From a virus: a DNA stretch of 33,641 bases. The stretch is from the UHGV virus genome UHGV-0275541; one strand, written 5' to 3'. Of this stretch, positions 1 through 7,252 are shown one piece after another. Position numbers and translations under genes: made by a program. The first letter of the stretch is position 1. Each line of letters opens with the position of its first letter. The notes under the pieces are model-generated. The model was not told the DNA's origin, ran no database searches, and was given only the letters and a program-made list of their open reading frames with translations.

Positions 1-20
1 TACACGCAGACTTTAAGCGT

Positions 21-497
21 GTGCGTAACTACGCATTCCACAAGCGTTTTTTCAAACTCCTGCAACTGGGATTCGATTACTGGACTCCGGTCGGTGGGGC
101 GATCACGCCTCGCGAACGAAAACTGGTATCGGGCTTCGTTGATTACCTGTGCGAATCAGTAGGTCGGGAACACACTCCAGCCCTGAGTGATGCCGCAGAG
201 CAATACCTTAATACCGTTGCGACATGCAGAACCCGGGATACGGCATTGCTAAAGTCGTTTGACGCTTTCCGCGAGTGGGTAACCATTCAGGCAGGATTTT
301 ACACCGAGTATATTTATCCTGATGGTAGTCGTGGGCGCAGGGCAAAATCTATCGCATTTGCGAACATGGACGAAACCGAGTTTCAGCAGGTTTATAAATC
401 TGTACTGAATGTGCTGTGGAACTGGATCCTGTTCCGTAAATTTTCCTCTCCGGAGGAAGTCGAAAATGTGGCCGCACAGTTACTGGAGTTTGCGTAA
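21..497 (+). CDS. nin-region hypothetical protein, possibly DUF1367-like; 5' end may lie upstream of window
   Basis: 158-codon ORF from GTG at 21; frame stays open to window start; stop TAA 495-497 overlaps next ATG (TAATG). Sits immediately upstream of YbcO-like and Q-like genes. Family name from memory. Confidence 0.55.
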   Translation: MRNYAFHKRFFKLLQLGFDYWTPVGGAITPRERKLVSGFVDYLCESVGREHTPALSDAAEQYLNTVATCRTRDTALLKSFDAFREWVTIQAGFYTEYIYPDGSRGRRAKSIAFANMDETEFQQVYKSVLNVLWNWILFRKFSSPEEVENVAAQLLEFA

Positions 498-787
498 TGG
501 TGGATTTACGTAAAGCGGCGCGGGGGCAGATGTGCACCGTCAGAATTCCTGGCTACTGCAATCACAATCCCGAAACATCTGTGCTGGCGCATTACAGGCT
601 GTCGGGGACGTGCGGAACAGCGACAAAACCACACGATATGCAGGCAGCGATTGCCTGTAGCTCATGCCACGATTTAATCGACGGGCGGGTAAAAACCAGC
701 GATTACACCAAAGAAGAATTACGCCTGATGCATGCAGAAGGTGTTTTTCGCACACAAGAAATCTGGAGAAAGGAAGGTTATTTATGA
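497..787 (+). CDS. YbcO-like small Cys-rich protein (DUF1364-type putative nuclease)
   Basis: 96 aa; several Cys/His (CTVRIPGYCNHNPETSVLAH..., ACSSCHDLIDGR); resembles E. coli DLP12 YbcO as I recall it; stop overlaps next start (ATGA at 784-787). Confidence 0.65.
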   Translation: MVDLRKAARGQMCTVRIPGYCNHNPETSVLAHYRLSGTCGTATKPHDMQAAIACSSCHDLIDGRVKTSDYTKEELRLMHAEGVFRTQEIWRKEGYL

Positions 788-1326
788 TTTACCCAACAAA
801 TACAGGCAAAAGCGGGGAACACCTTCGTCTCACCACGCTGGAAAGTGTCTGGATTCAGGGAAAACTGCGCATGTGGGGGCGCTGGTCGTATATTGGCGGC
901 GGTAAGACGGGAAATATGTTCAATCAGTTGCTGGCCTCTAAAAAGCTGACAAAAACCGCGATCAATGAAGCCCTGCGTAGACTCAGGGAGTCAGGGATTG
1001 ATAAACCAGAGCTGGAAGCATTCTTGCGAGAGATGATCGCTGGCAGACAGAAGAGCTGGTTGTCTCACTGTACTGATGCAGAGGCGTTACGCATTGATGG
1101 GGTGATAAGTAAAGCGCTTGCACGTTATCCTGGATTGATTGATATCCTGCGGCAAAGGTACGAAGGGCGGGGGATGAGTAAACGCAAAATGGCTGAATTG
1201 TTGAATGAGGTGCACCCGGAATGGTGTTTTAGTACATGCGAAAAGCGAATTGCTAATTGGTTGGCTGTTGCTGAATATGCGCTATACATCCCTATGCGAG
1301 AATCGTTTGCTCAAAAAATGGCTTGA
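784..1326 (+). CDS. putative late-gene antitermination protein Q-like
   Basis: 180 aa starting MIYPTNTGKS (ATG 784); position after nin genes and directly before a strong intrinsic terminator; WGRWSY segment resembles the WGAW region of Q-family antiterminators (from memory). The upstream extension to 664 overlaps ybcO and was not used. Confidence 0.55.
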   Translation: MIYPTNTGKSGEHLRLTTLESVWIQGKLRMWGRWSYIGGGKTGNMFNQLLASKKLTKTAINEALRRLRESGIDKPELEAFLREMIAGRQKSWLSHCTDAEALRIDGVISKALARYPGLIDILRQRYEGRGMSKRKMAELLNEVHPEWCFSTCEKRIANWLAVAEYALYIPMRESFAQKMA

Positions 1327-1408
1327 TTTTTTACGCATAAACTGTTTCAATCCAGCTACGCTTCGCAAAGCTGTACCGCGAGGCGAATAGCAGACATGGA
1401 CACCTGAA

Positions 1409-1436
1409 AGAACCCGCTTTATGCGGGTTTTTTTAT
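1409..1436 (+). terminator. intrinsic terminator (tR'-like) downstream of Q-like gene
   Basis: Stem CCCGC(1413-1417)/GCGGG(1423-1427), loop TTTAT, followed by T8 (1428-1435). Confidence 0.8.
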
Positions 1437-1557
1437 GCCTGAAAAACGGCACAGAACATTAAACGCGCTGGTAGTTGTGAATACTGGTCTTTCAGCTTGC
1501 TGGCTTTTTCGACAAGAGTTATTGGTATGTCACGTTAACCGGAAAAGGGAAAAAGAC

Positions 1558-1755
1558 ATGCTAAAACAGCAGGATATGACCGAAACCGCCAGAGTGGTGT
1601 TTAATGAATTAAGCGTCACCGAACCGGCGACCGTCGGGGAGATTGCACAGAATACTTACCTTTCACGCGAACGCTGCCAGTTAATACTGACCCAGCTTGT
1701 TATGGCGGGTCTGGCAGATTATCAGTTCGGTTGTTACAGACGCCTTCCGCAGTGA
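1558..1755 (+). CDS. small hypothetical protein with helix-turn-helix-like segment
   Basis: 65 aa from ATG 1558 with AAAGGGAAAAAG upstream; segment TVGEIAQNTYLSRERCQLILTQL looks like an HTH. The longer ORF from 1435 begins inside the terminator and was not used. Confidence 0.4.
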   Translation: MLKQQDMTETARVVFNELSVTEPATVGEIAQNTYLSRERCQLILTQLVMAGLADYQFGCYRRLPQ

Positions 1756-1765
1756 AGGCTTTTTT
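1742..1765 (+). terminator. intrinsic terminator-like hairpin
   Basis: GCCTTC(1742-1747)/GAAGGC(1754-1759) stem, 6-nt loop, T6 (1760-1765); stop codon of the small ORF lies in the loop. Confidence 0.55.
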
Positions 1766-1905
1766 ATTTGTGGTAATGGGCGGCTGGTAGGTGTTAGCGG
1801 CACCTGCCAACCATCTGCTCATGCGCTGGGGTCACAAGCAAACCTCAGGCCCATCTGCTTTGCGCAAAAGCAGAATGAGCCTATCAGAGAAGTGCTTATT
1901 GATCT

Positions 1906-2952
1906 ATGGCTAATACTGTAAAAATATCCAGTTGTGAGTTAATCAACGCTGATTGCCTGGAATTTATCCAGACCTTACCGGAAAACTCTGTCGACCTGAT
2001 AGTCACAGACCCGCCATACTTTAAAGTGAAGCCCGAGGGCTGGGATAACCAGTGGAAGGGCGACGATGATTACCTGAAATGGCTGGACCAGTGTCTGGCG
2101 CAGTTCTGGCGGGTACTGAAGCCCGCCGGAAGTCTTTACCTGTTCTGTGGTCATCGCCTGGCATCTGATATCGAAATCATGATGCGTGAGCGCTTTAATG
2201 TGCTGAACCACATTATCTGGGCGAAGCCGTCCGGGCGCTGGAACGGGTGCAACAAGGAAAGCCTGCGGACGTATTTTCCGGCAACAGAACGCATTCTGTT
2301 TGCTGAACATTATCAGGGGCCATATCAGCCAAAAAATGACGGCTATGCGGCAAAGGGGCGCGAGCTTAAGCAGCACGTGATGGCTCCGCTGATTTCTTAC
2401 TTTCGTGATGCGCGTGAATCACTGGGGATAACGTCAAAACAGATAGCGGAAGCCACCGGAAAGAAAAACATGGCTTCCCACTGGTTTGGCACCAGTCAGT
2501 GGCAGTTACCAAACAAGGTTGATTACAGAAAACTGCAGGCGTTGTTTGCGCGTGTTGCGGCAGAAAAACATCAACGCGGGGAACTGGAAAAGCCACACCA
2601 CCAGCTGGTCAGCACATACAGTGAACTGAACCGGCGATATGCCAGTCTGCTGGAGGAGTACAAATCCCTGCGGCGTTATTTTTCCGTATCGGCTGCCGTT
2701 CCGTATACGGATGTCTGGACGCACAAGCCTGTGCAGTATTACCCCGGCAAACATCCCTGTGAGAAACCGGCGGATATGTTGCGTCAGATAATTACTGCCA
2801 GCAGTCGTCCGGGAGATTTGGTTGCTGATTTTTTTATGGGGTCGGGGTCAACAGTAAAAGCAGCATTATCGCTGGGAAGGCGTGCAATAGGTGTGGAGCT
2901 GGAAGAAGAGAGATTTAACCAGACTGTAAGCGAAATAAAAGAAAATAGTTAA
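1906..2952 (+). CDS. DNA N6-adenine methyltransferase (beta-class, orphan, no cognate endonuclease in window)
   Basis: 348 aa; catalytic motif IV DPPY (LIVTDPPYF) near N-terminus and AdoMet motif I FxGxG (DFFMGSGST) near C-terminus, the circularly permuted order typical of beta-class amino-MTases. Confidence 0.85.
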   Translation: MANTVKISSCELINADCLEFIQTLPENSVDLIVTDPPYFKVKPEGWDNQWKGDDDYLKWLDQCLAQFWRVLKPAGSLYLFCGHRLASDIEIMMRERFNVLNHIIWAKPSGRWNGCNKESLRTYFPATERILFAEHYQGPYQPKNDGYAAKGRELKQHVMAPLISYFRDARESLGITSKQIAEATGKKNMASHWFGTSQWQLPNKVDYRKLQALFARVAAEKHQRGELEKPHHQLVSTYSELNRRYASLLEEYKSLRRYFSVSAAVPYTDVWTHKPVQYYPGKHPCEKPADMLRQIITASSRPGDLVADFFMGSGSTVKAALSLGRRAIGVELEEERFNQTVSEIKENS

Positions 2953-3133
2953 ATATGTGTGTGATTATTTGTAATCAATCACGAGTAATAGAAATTTACA
3001 CATATATTTACTAATATTGACACTATGTTTATTGAAATAGTGTTTGCCCTCATTAATATCAATAATCGGTTCCGAGGAGATGACAGGGAAATAATGCATA
3101 TATCGGTTGTTTTATTTTTTCCGAGGAACCGTT

Positions 3134-3206
3134 GCCGATTTAACTTAGCAGACAAAGCAACTGACTTGTAATCACCGGGTCGCCAGTTCGATTCCGGTAA
3201 TCGGCA
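3134..3206 (+). tRNA. degenerate tRNA-like element (anticodon loop CTTGTAA suggests UGU/Thr); possibly a pseudo-tRNA
   Basis: 7-bp acceptor helix GCCGATT/AATCGGC, U8-A9, T-loop TTCGATT, but 2 mismatches in anticodon stem, 1 in T-stem, and D-loop lacks GG. Hand fold only. Confidence 0.4.
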
Positions 3207-3212
3207 CTATAT

Positions 3213-3287
<75 letters not shown>

Positions 3288-3381
3288 GAGAAACAAGCCT
3301 TATTGTATCGTGGCACTGGCGTATTTTTATTACGTGGGAGCAGGTTGTTTCGAAAAAGCATTCTGTTCTCTGGCTATGATT

Positions 3382-3414
3382 TGAGGCCAGGTTAGCCTCA
3401 GTGCTGATTTTTTT
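3382..3414 (+). terminator. terminator-like hairpin downstream of tRNAs
   Basis: TGAGGC/GCCTCA stem with 7-nt loop, then T-run 3407-3414 after a 5-nt spacer. Confidence 0.45.
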
Positions 3415-3644
3415 ACGGCAGCAGAATGGTGCATTGCTGGTGGAGATTTTGTATTTCCTGGCAGGGTCGGTGATGTATCATTCTGGTGTTGTAAATAACA
3501 CCATCGGGGCGCTCCTCAGGGCGAGGGTGGTTAAAAGAGTCGGTTTAGCGGGAAACCACAGTATTCATACAGGACGGAATACTTCGGGAGGCACCCGACG
3601 CCTCGATTTTATTACAATTAAAAAATTCATTCCTTGCATTGACC

Positions 3645-3671
3645 AACCGCCGTATCTGGCGGTTTTTTTTA
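3645..3671 (+). terminator. intrinsic terminator
   Basis: ACCGCC(3646-3651)/GGCGGT(3658-3663), loop GTATCT, T8 run. Confidence 0.75.
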
Positions 3672-3803
3672 TTCAGAATTTCGTTTCTTTATGGTTCGCT
3701 GCGGCGGGCCTTTTTCATATCTGCGCTTTACTCAACGTGTATTGAATCTGAATACATCACATAAAAGACATCGGCGGGTGCCTTTGACGGGGTGTTTTAT
3801 TAC

Positions 3804-3826
3804 GGGCCGCTGGTGGCCCTTTTTTA
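3804..3826 (+). terminator. intrinsic terminator immediately upstream of lysis cassette RBS
   Basis: GGGCC(3804-3808)/GGCCC(3815-3819), loop GCTGGT, T6; followed by AGGAG RBS of the first lysis gene. Confidence 0.7.
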
Positions 3827-3844
3827 TTTACAGGAGAAAAAAGT

Positions 3845-4237
3845 ATGTCTGAACCCTTATCCGGTTCCGGCACGGCTGCGGCGCTCGGTGGGGCGACGGT
3901 GTACGGGCTGTTTACCGGAACGGATTTCGGGATTGTGTTTGGTGCATTCGCAGGGGCGCTGTTTGTGGCCACGATACCACAGCAGATTTCTGTCTGGCGT
4001 GTGGCAGCGCATTTTCTGGTGTCGTTCATTGTTGGCGTGCTGGGGGCGGATGCGATGGCGTCTTACCTGGTTGAAAAACTGAATCTCCACAGCACATCTC
4101 TCGACGCGCTTTGCGCGGTACTGGTATCGGTGGTGTCGGTGAAGATTCTCTCATTCATCCACCAGCAGGATATCGCATCACTGGTGTCCGGTCTGTTCTC
4201 CCGCCTGCGGGGTGGAGGAGGCGGCAATGTTAAGTAA
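3845..4237 (+). CDS. putative holin (multi-TM membrane protein, first gene of lysis cassette)
   Basis: 130 aa; AGGAG RBS 8 nt upstream; Gly/Ala-rich hydrophobic segments consistent with 3-4 TM helices; sits directly upstream of the endolysin. Confidence 0.55.
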   Translation: MSEPLSGSGTAAALGGATVYGLFTGTDFGIVFGAFAGALFVATIPQQISVWRVAAHFLVSFIVGVLGADAMASYLVEKLNLHSTSLDALCAVLVSVVSVKILSFIHQQDIASLVSGLFSRLRGGGGGNVK

Positions 4238-4505
4238 CCTTCCCGGATTACTGAATGTGGTGTTAAGCACGGTTATCGTGCTGACGCTCTTTTTTTATCG
4301 TCGTGGTGAGTCGAGACATAAACCGCTGATGTCGTGGCTGGCCTGGCTGCTGATGCTGCTTTATGCCTTTGCGCCGCTTTGTTATCTGTGTGGTCGCTTT
4401 CCACCCGGTAACTGGCTGGTCGTCCTGATTAACCTGGTGTTCTGCGTACTGGTGATACGAGCACGCGGGAACGTATCAAAAATCCTTGTATTACGAAGGC
4501 GCTGA
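4227..4505 (+). CDS. small membrane protein of lysis cassette (second holin/antiholin-like)
   Basis: 92 aa from ATG 4227 preceded by GGAGGAGG; about three hydrophobic helices, basic C-terminus (VLRRR); overlaps holin stop and ends 2 nt before endolysin start. Confidence 0.5.
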   Translation: MLSNLPGLLNVVLSTVIVLTLFFYRRGESRHKPLMSWLAWLLMLLYAFAPLCYLCGRFPPGNWLVVLINLVFCVLVIRARGNVSKILVLRRR

Positions 4506-4506
4506 T

Positions 4507-5052
4507 ATGAAGTCGAAAGATGAAATTTTTGACGAAATTCTGGGAAAAGAGGGCGGTTACGTCAATCACCCGGATGATAAAGGTGGTCCGACTAAATGGG
4601 GCATCACTGAAAAAGTTGCCCGTGCACACGGTTATCAGGGCGATATGCGTGACCTGACGCGTGGGCAGGCGCTGGAAATACTCGAGGCGGACTACTGGTA
4701 CGGACCACGATTCGACCAGGTTGAGGACCTGTCTCCTGATATTGCCGCAGAGTTGTGCGATACGGGCGTGAACATGGGGCCAACTGTGGCGTCCAGAATG
4801 CTTCAGCGCTGGCTGAACGTTTTCAACCTGCGCGGGAAACTCTATCCGGATATGGATGCTGATGGACGCATCGGGCCGCGTACTCTTAATGCATTACGGG
4901 CATATCTGAAAAATCGCAGCAGGGATGGTGAACTGGTACTGGTGAAAGCCCTGAACTGTACGCAGGGCGAGCGTTATCTGGAGCTGGCAGAGAAACGCGA
5001 GGCCAATGAGTCGTTTGTCTATGGCTGGATGAAAGAGCGCGTGGTGGTTTAA
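4507..5052 (+). CDS. endolysin, glycoside hydrolase family 108 N-domain with C-terminal peptidoglycan-binding domain
   Basis: 181 aa from ATG 4507 (GAAGG RBS); N-terminal motif EGGYVNHPDDKGGPTKWGIT is the GH108 signature as I recall it; C-terminal half resembles a PG-binding module. Confidence 0.8.
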   Translation: MKSKDEIFDEILGKEGGYVNHPDDKGGPTKWGITEKVARAHGYQGDMRDLTRGQALEILEADYWYGPRFDQVEDLSPDIAAELCDTGVNMGPTVASRMLQRWLNVFNLRGKLYPDMDADGRIGPRTLNALRAYLKNRSRDGELVLVKALNCTQGERYLELAEKREANESFVYGWMKERVVV

Positions 5053-5148
5053 AAACTGACACTGAAGTGCTGAACACCCTCAACTCATGCAGGCTCTTTT
5101 CTGGGGCTACGATGAGCGAAAGTAAGGGGCATAGCATCAGATAGCAAA

Positions 5149-5179
5149 AACCCCGGCTGCGGTAACAGTCCGGGGTTTT
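5149..5179 (+). terminator. intrinsic terminator-like hairpin (copy A of repeated hairpin-RBS module)
   Basis: AACCCCGGCTG / CAG(T)CCGGGGTT stem with a bulge, loop CGGTAA, followed by TTTTCTGTTTCTG. Confidence 0.7.
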
Positions 5180-5212
5180 CTGTTTCTGGCCCTGGGTAAG
5201 GCAAAGGAGAAC

Positions 5213-5320
5213 ATGAGGAAGTATAAACTAATTCTGTTGAGGTTGACTATGAAAAACGGCCTTGAATTGAAAGCGTCTGTAACTGATGACATCAGCAGAG
5301 CGGTGGCTTTTGCCATTTAA
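5213..5320 (+). CDS. small ORF (35 aa) behind conserved AAGGAGA RBS; coding status uncertain
   Basis: ATG 5213 placed 6 nt after AAGGAGA; encodes MRKYKLILLRLTMKNGLELKASVTDDISRAVAFAI; below the ORF-track size cutoff. Confidence 0.3.
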   Translation: MRKYKLILLRLTMKNGLELKASVTDDISRAVAFAI

Positions 5321-5413
5321 GTGGGTGGCGGTCGGTATCGCTGTGTCTCCGATGCTGTATGGGATGGCAAAATTGATCATTGCTGTGAAATCGTAAGTGG
5401 GGCAGGGGTAAAT

Positions 5414-5548
5414 ATGTCAGATAGCATTATAAAACTGGCGCGAATTCTCTGTGTGGTTGTTGGCCTTTCATTTTCAGCAATGTTGGTTGCCATTTTCATT
5501 TCCACCGCCTGGCGAGTATTGAGCTTATCCGGATTGATTGGTGGATAG
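5414..5548 (+). CDS. small single-TM membrane protein (44 aa)
   Basis: ATG 5414 after GGCAGGGG; hydrophobic core ILCVVVGLSFSAMLVAIFISTAW. The longer ORF from 5321 has no RBS support. Confidence 0.35.
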   Translation: MSDSIIKLARILCVVVGLSFSAMLVAIFISTAWRVLSLSGLIGG

Positions 5549-5552
5549 TGAG

Positions 5553-5735
5553 ATGAAGCGAAAACACTGGACACACAGAATGCCGCGAACGGCGGCGAAA
5601 TGGGCACTGGTAGCGATACTGGTGCCTTTTTTCCTGGTGGGATGCGTTAGCCTGGATAAGGCGCGCCAGCTTTTCGATACAGCTTCTCAGGTCTGTGAAA
5701 TTGTCGACGGTGTTCGGCAGTGTATGCAGAACTGA
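5553..5735 (+). CDS. small lipoprotein (candidate o-spanin or superinfection-exclusion lipoprotein)
   Basis: 60 aa from ATG 5553; signal peptide with basic n-region, hydrophobic core ALVAILVPFFLV and lipobox LVGC; short mature part with 3 further Cys. Confidence 0.5.
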   Translation: MKRKHWTHRMPRTAAKWALVAILVPFFLVGCVSLDKARQLFDTASQVCEIVDGVRQCMQN

Positions 5736-5908
5736 TCGCCTGTAAGAGCAGAATATTTTGCTGAAAAATGAAGGATGCGCCTGCGTCCGGAAAGCATGAA
5801 ATTCTGCTGCGTGTGCCAATTTTATCTTATTCATTCTAAATCTTGCCGAATCAAGATGAATTTTGATCAACTGCCTGGCGGCAAGGGGCATTAAAACAGG
5901 AGAAAATT

Positions 5909-6016
5909 ATGTGGAAACCTACAGGTGACGAGTTAATCACCGCGTTGATTGACGGCAAGCCACAATACTTACGCATTGAAATGAGTGGTCAGCATGCTCG
6001 TTTGATTCGTGAGTAA
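5909..6016 (+). CDS. small ORF (35 aa) with strong RBS; coding status uncertain
   Basis: ACAGGAGAAAATT-ATG context; MWKPTGDELITALIDGKPQYLRIEMSGQHARLIRE; lies in the gap between lysis and packaging genes. Confidence 0.3.
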   Translation: MWKPTGDELITALIDGKPQYLRIEMSGQHARLIRE

Positions 6017-6160
6017 CAGGCATTACAGCAGCCCTTCAGTGTGAGGGGCTGCGATAATGCCAAAGCTCGTTATCAGCACCCGCCGCGCACCCAGCGCACT
6101 GGCCGATAGCGGGCTTTTTTATGGATAACTGAAGCAGGAGAAAGAGCAGGGCGGTGACTG

Positions 6161-7252
6161 ATGAAAGAGTCGGACTGGAAAATCATAAGACACCGACTGG
6201 AAACCGGGGATGCCTCCGCCAGAGAATTGGGCAAGGAGTATGGAGTCAGTCATACAACGATAAATAACAGAGCCAGAAAGGAAGGCTGGAAAAAGCCTGG
6301 AAATAAAGTTTCCACTAAAAAGGTTTCCACACGAAAAGTGGAAAGTGGAAACTCGGAAACTGACAACTCGCCACCTCCCCAAAGAACAGGCGGGCACAAA
6401 TCAAAAAATACCAGATTCGCCCCCTCATCTGATGATACTGATATCCCTTTTAACCCCGATGAATTCGGCATTTCTGACCAGCAGGCTAAGTTTGCGATGC
6501 TTGTTGCTCAAGGGAAAAAGCCGACAGAGGCATACCGACTGGCTGGGTATGAAGGGGAAGGAAACACTGCATGGGTAGCAGCCTCTCGTTTGTACAGGAA
6601 TGATAAGGTTTTTCGTGCTATCAGCTACTTCCGCAATCAGTACCAGAAACGCTATACCGCAGACCTGGATTTACTGGTGAGCCAGTTGATGGCTATTGTC
6701 CAGGCCGACCCCAATCAGTTGGCACAATTTCGCCGTGTTAACTGCCGTTATTGCTGGGGCGAGAATCATCTCTACCAGTGGCGTGATATTGCAGAATTCG
6801 ATAAGGCAGCGGCACAGGCCTCCAGAGATGGCAAACCCGAGCCGGAATATGGAGGCCTCGGCTTTGTTGATAACGCCATACCCAATCCGGACTGCCCGAA
6901 GTGCTGCGGTGAGGGAACGGGACAGCTTTATATGGCTGATACCACTCTGCTTGATGGGGATGCGCGGCAATTATATGCAGGGGCAAAGCTCGGGAAATTT
7001 GGTGTTGAGATCCTGCTGGAGGATAAGGCTGCCGCCCGGCGTGAACTTATCAAGCTGATAATGGCGACGAAAGGAAGTTCTGCTGGTGGTGCAACTGACA
7101 GTCGCAATGATCTGGAGCTTGAAGGACTGAGGCTTCGCAACGAAAAGCTGCGCACTGAGATTGAAAACCTCAAAAAAGGCGTGGGTGGTGAGAATAACGA
7201 AATAATTATCCACAACTCTCTGCCGATGCCGGGAGTGGATAATGTCGATTGA
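6161..7252 (+). CDS. terminase small subunit (N-terminal HTH, central small-terminase-like region, CxxC...CxxCC zinc-ribbon-like motif)
   Basis: 363 aa; N-terminal HTH-like SARELGKEYGVSHTTINNRARKEGWKK; central FGISDQQAKFAMLVAQGKKPTEAYRLAGY resembles small-terminase family; CRYC and CPKCC motifs; overlaps the large terminase start. Confidence 0.65.
   Translation: MKESDWKIIRHRLETGDASARELGKEYGVSHTTINNRARKEGWKKPGNKVSTKKVSTRKVESGNSETDNSPPPQRTGGHKSKNTRFAPSSDDTDIPFNPDEFGISDQQAKFAMLVAQGKKPTEAYRLAGYEGEGNTAWVAASRLYRNDKVFRAISYFRNQYQKRYTADLDLLVSQLMAIVQADPNQLAQFRRVNCRYCWGENHLYQWRDIAEFDKAAAQASRDGKPEPEYGGLGFVDNAIPNPDCPKCCGEGTGQLYMADTTLLDGDARQLYAGAKLGKFGVEILLEDKAAARRELIKLIMATKGSSAGGATDSRNDLELEGLRLRNEKLRTEIENLKKGVGGENNEIIIHNSLPMPGVDNVD

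Noticed and set aside
664-1326. 220-aa version of the Q-like ORF starting at 664
   Set aside because: Would overlap the ybcO-like gene by about 120 nt; the ATG at 784 gives a clean ATGA stop/start overlap instead.
1975-2754. Three minus-strand ORFs inside the methyltransferase gene
   Set aside because: Fully contained in a gene with clear catalytic motifs; no RBS; shadow ORFs.
3401-3745. 114-aa ORF in the tRNA-to-holin slot
   Set aside because: Begins at a GTG inside a hairpin and reads through the 3645-3671 terminator hairpin/T-run; no RBS; low-complexity translation. More likely non-coding regulatory DNA.
3288-3844. Possible Shiga-toxin or other toxin cargo at the classical position after Q and the tRNAs
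   Set aside because: No ORF with signal peptide or A/B-subunit-like features is present; the slot contains only hairpin terminators.
5496-5891. 131-aa minus-strand ORF over the lipoprotein region
   Set aside because: Antisense to the RBS-supported small + strand genes; Arg/His-rich translation with no recognisable features.
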